A stretch of DNA of 64,000 nucleotides from an uncultured Chloroflexia bacterium (lineage in GTDB: Bacteria; Chloroflexota; Chloroflexia; Thermomicrobiales; UBA6265): assembly GCA_963724295.1 (NCBI GenBank), contig CAVRUC010000008.1, positions 192,001-256,000 on the forward strand, in the 5' to 3' direction. This document shows positions 63,625 to 64,000 of the stretch, one piece after another. The notes under the pieces are model-generated. The model saw only the letters and a program-made list of their open reading frames with translations, did not search any database and was not told the DNA's origin. A program made the position numbers and the translations under genes. Numbering within the stretch: position 1 is the first letter of the stretch; every line of letters starts with the position of its first letter.

Positions 63625-64000
63625 ATGGATCCTCAATATTTCGACGCACTTACTCGCCGCCTCAGTCATGCTGGCTCCCGCCGCCGGGTTTTGACGGCGC
63701 TTGCCGGGGGCGCCTTTGGCCAATTGCTAATCCTTCCGAGGGCTGATGAAGCCGCAGCCAAGTGTAAGAAGGGGTGGAAGCGCTGCCTGGGTCCTGGACT
63801 CGGCTGCCAGAACCTCAACACCGATCCGGACCACTGTGGGGAGTGCAACCATGCATGCCCGACAGGGTGCTGCGTCAAGGGCAAGTGCCGCGAGATGTGC
63901 GGGGACACGTGCTGTGCAGACTGCTTTGTCGAGTTGTTCAGCGATGGCAATCCCAACGAGGCGAATACGGTCTGCTGCATGCAGAGCGGTGGAACGATCT
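63625..64000 (+). CDS. Cys-rich Tat-secreted protein (3' end outside window)
   Basis: GAGGAGG SD. MDPQYFDALTRRL..SRRRVL leader, then TDPDHCGECNHAC and many further Cys. Confidence 0.8.
   Translation, partial: MDPQYFDALTRRLSHAGSRRRVLTALAGGAFGQLLILPRADEAAAKCKKGWKRCLGPGLGCQNLNTDPDHCGECNHACPTGCCVKGKCREMCGDTCCADCFVELFSDGNPNEANTVCCMQSGGTI

Overview
GC-rich bacterial chromosomal window of about 55 genes. It is most consistent with Thermomicrobiales (Chloroflexota), inferred from the MDxxxFDxLxRxL..SRR-type Tat leader and the low-complexity secreted proteins. Housekeeping and metabolic genes include ftsY, ffh, glgE, a GH15 hydrolase, ggt with a peptide ABC transporter, a sugar ABC transporter with GntR, a TPP riboswitch with thiG and tenI-thiS, a two-component system, and several LLM, GNAT, AKR and MFS genes. 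About 14 genes, including the essential ffh, carry small frameshifts, which points to long-read indel errors rather than pseudogenes. I saw no tRNA, rRNA, CRISPR array or transposase. The best candidate for a new system is an NYN/PIN-fold nuclease gene (41874-42530, -). It is preceded by its own sigma70-like promoter and a ~65-nt RNA with a UUCG hairpin, a GCAA-capped terminator and a helix covering the SD-start region, which is the layout of a type III (RNA-antitoxin) toxin-antitoxin locus. Other notable items: a ~500-nt multi-uORF leader upstream of an RNHCP gene, a TenI-like/ThiS fusion, a divergent Rid-fold protein, an unannotated Cys-rich Zn-finger ORF, a three-domain double-hydrolase fusion, a HipA-like kinase/DUF3037/MTase cluster, and two families of composite intergenic repeats.
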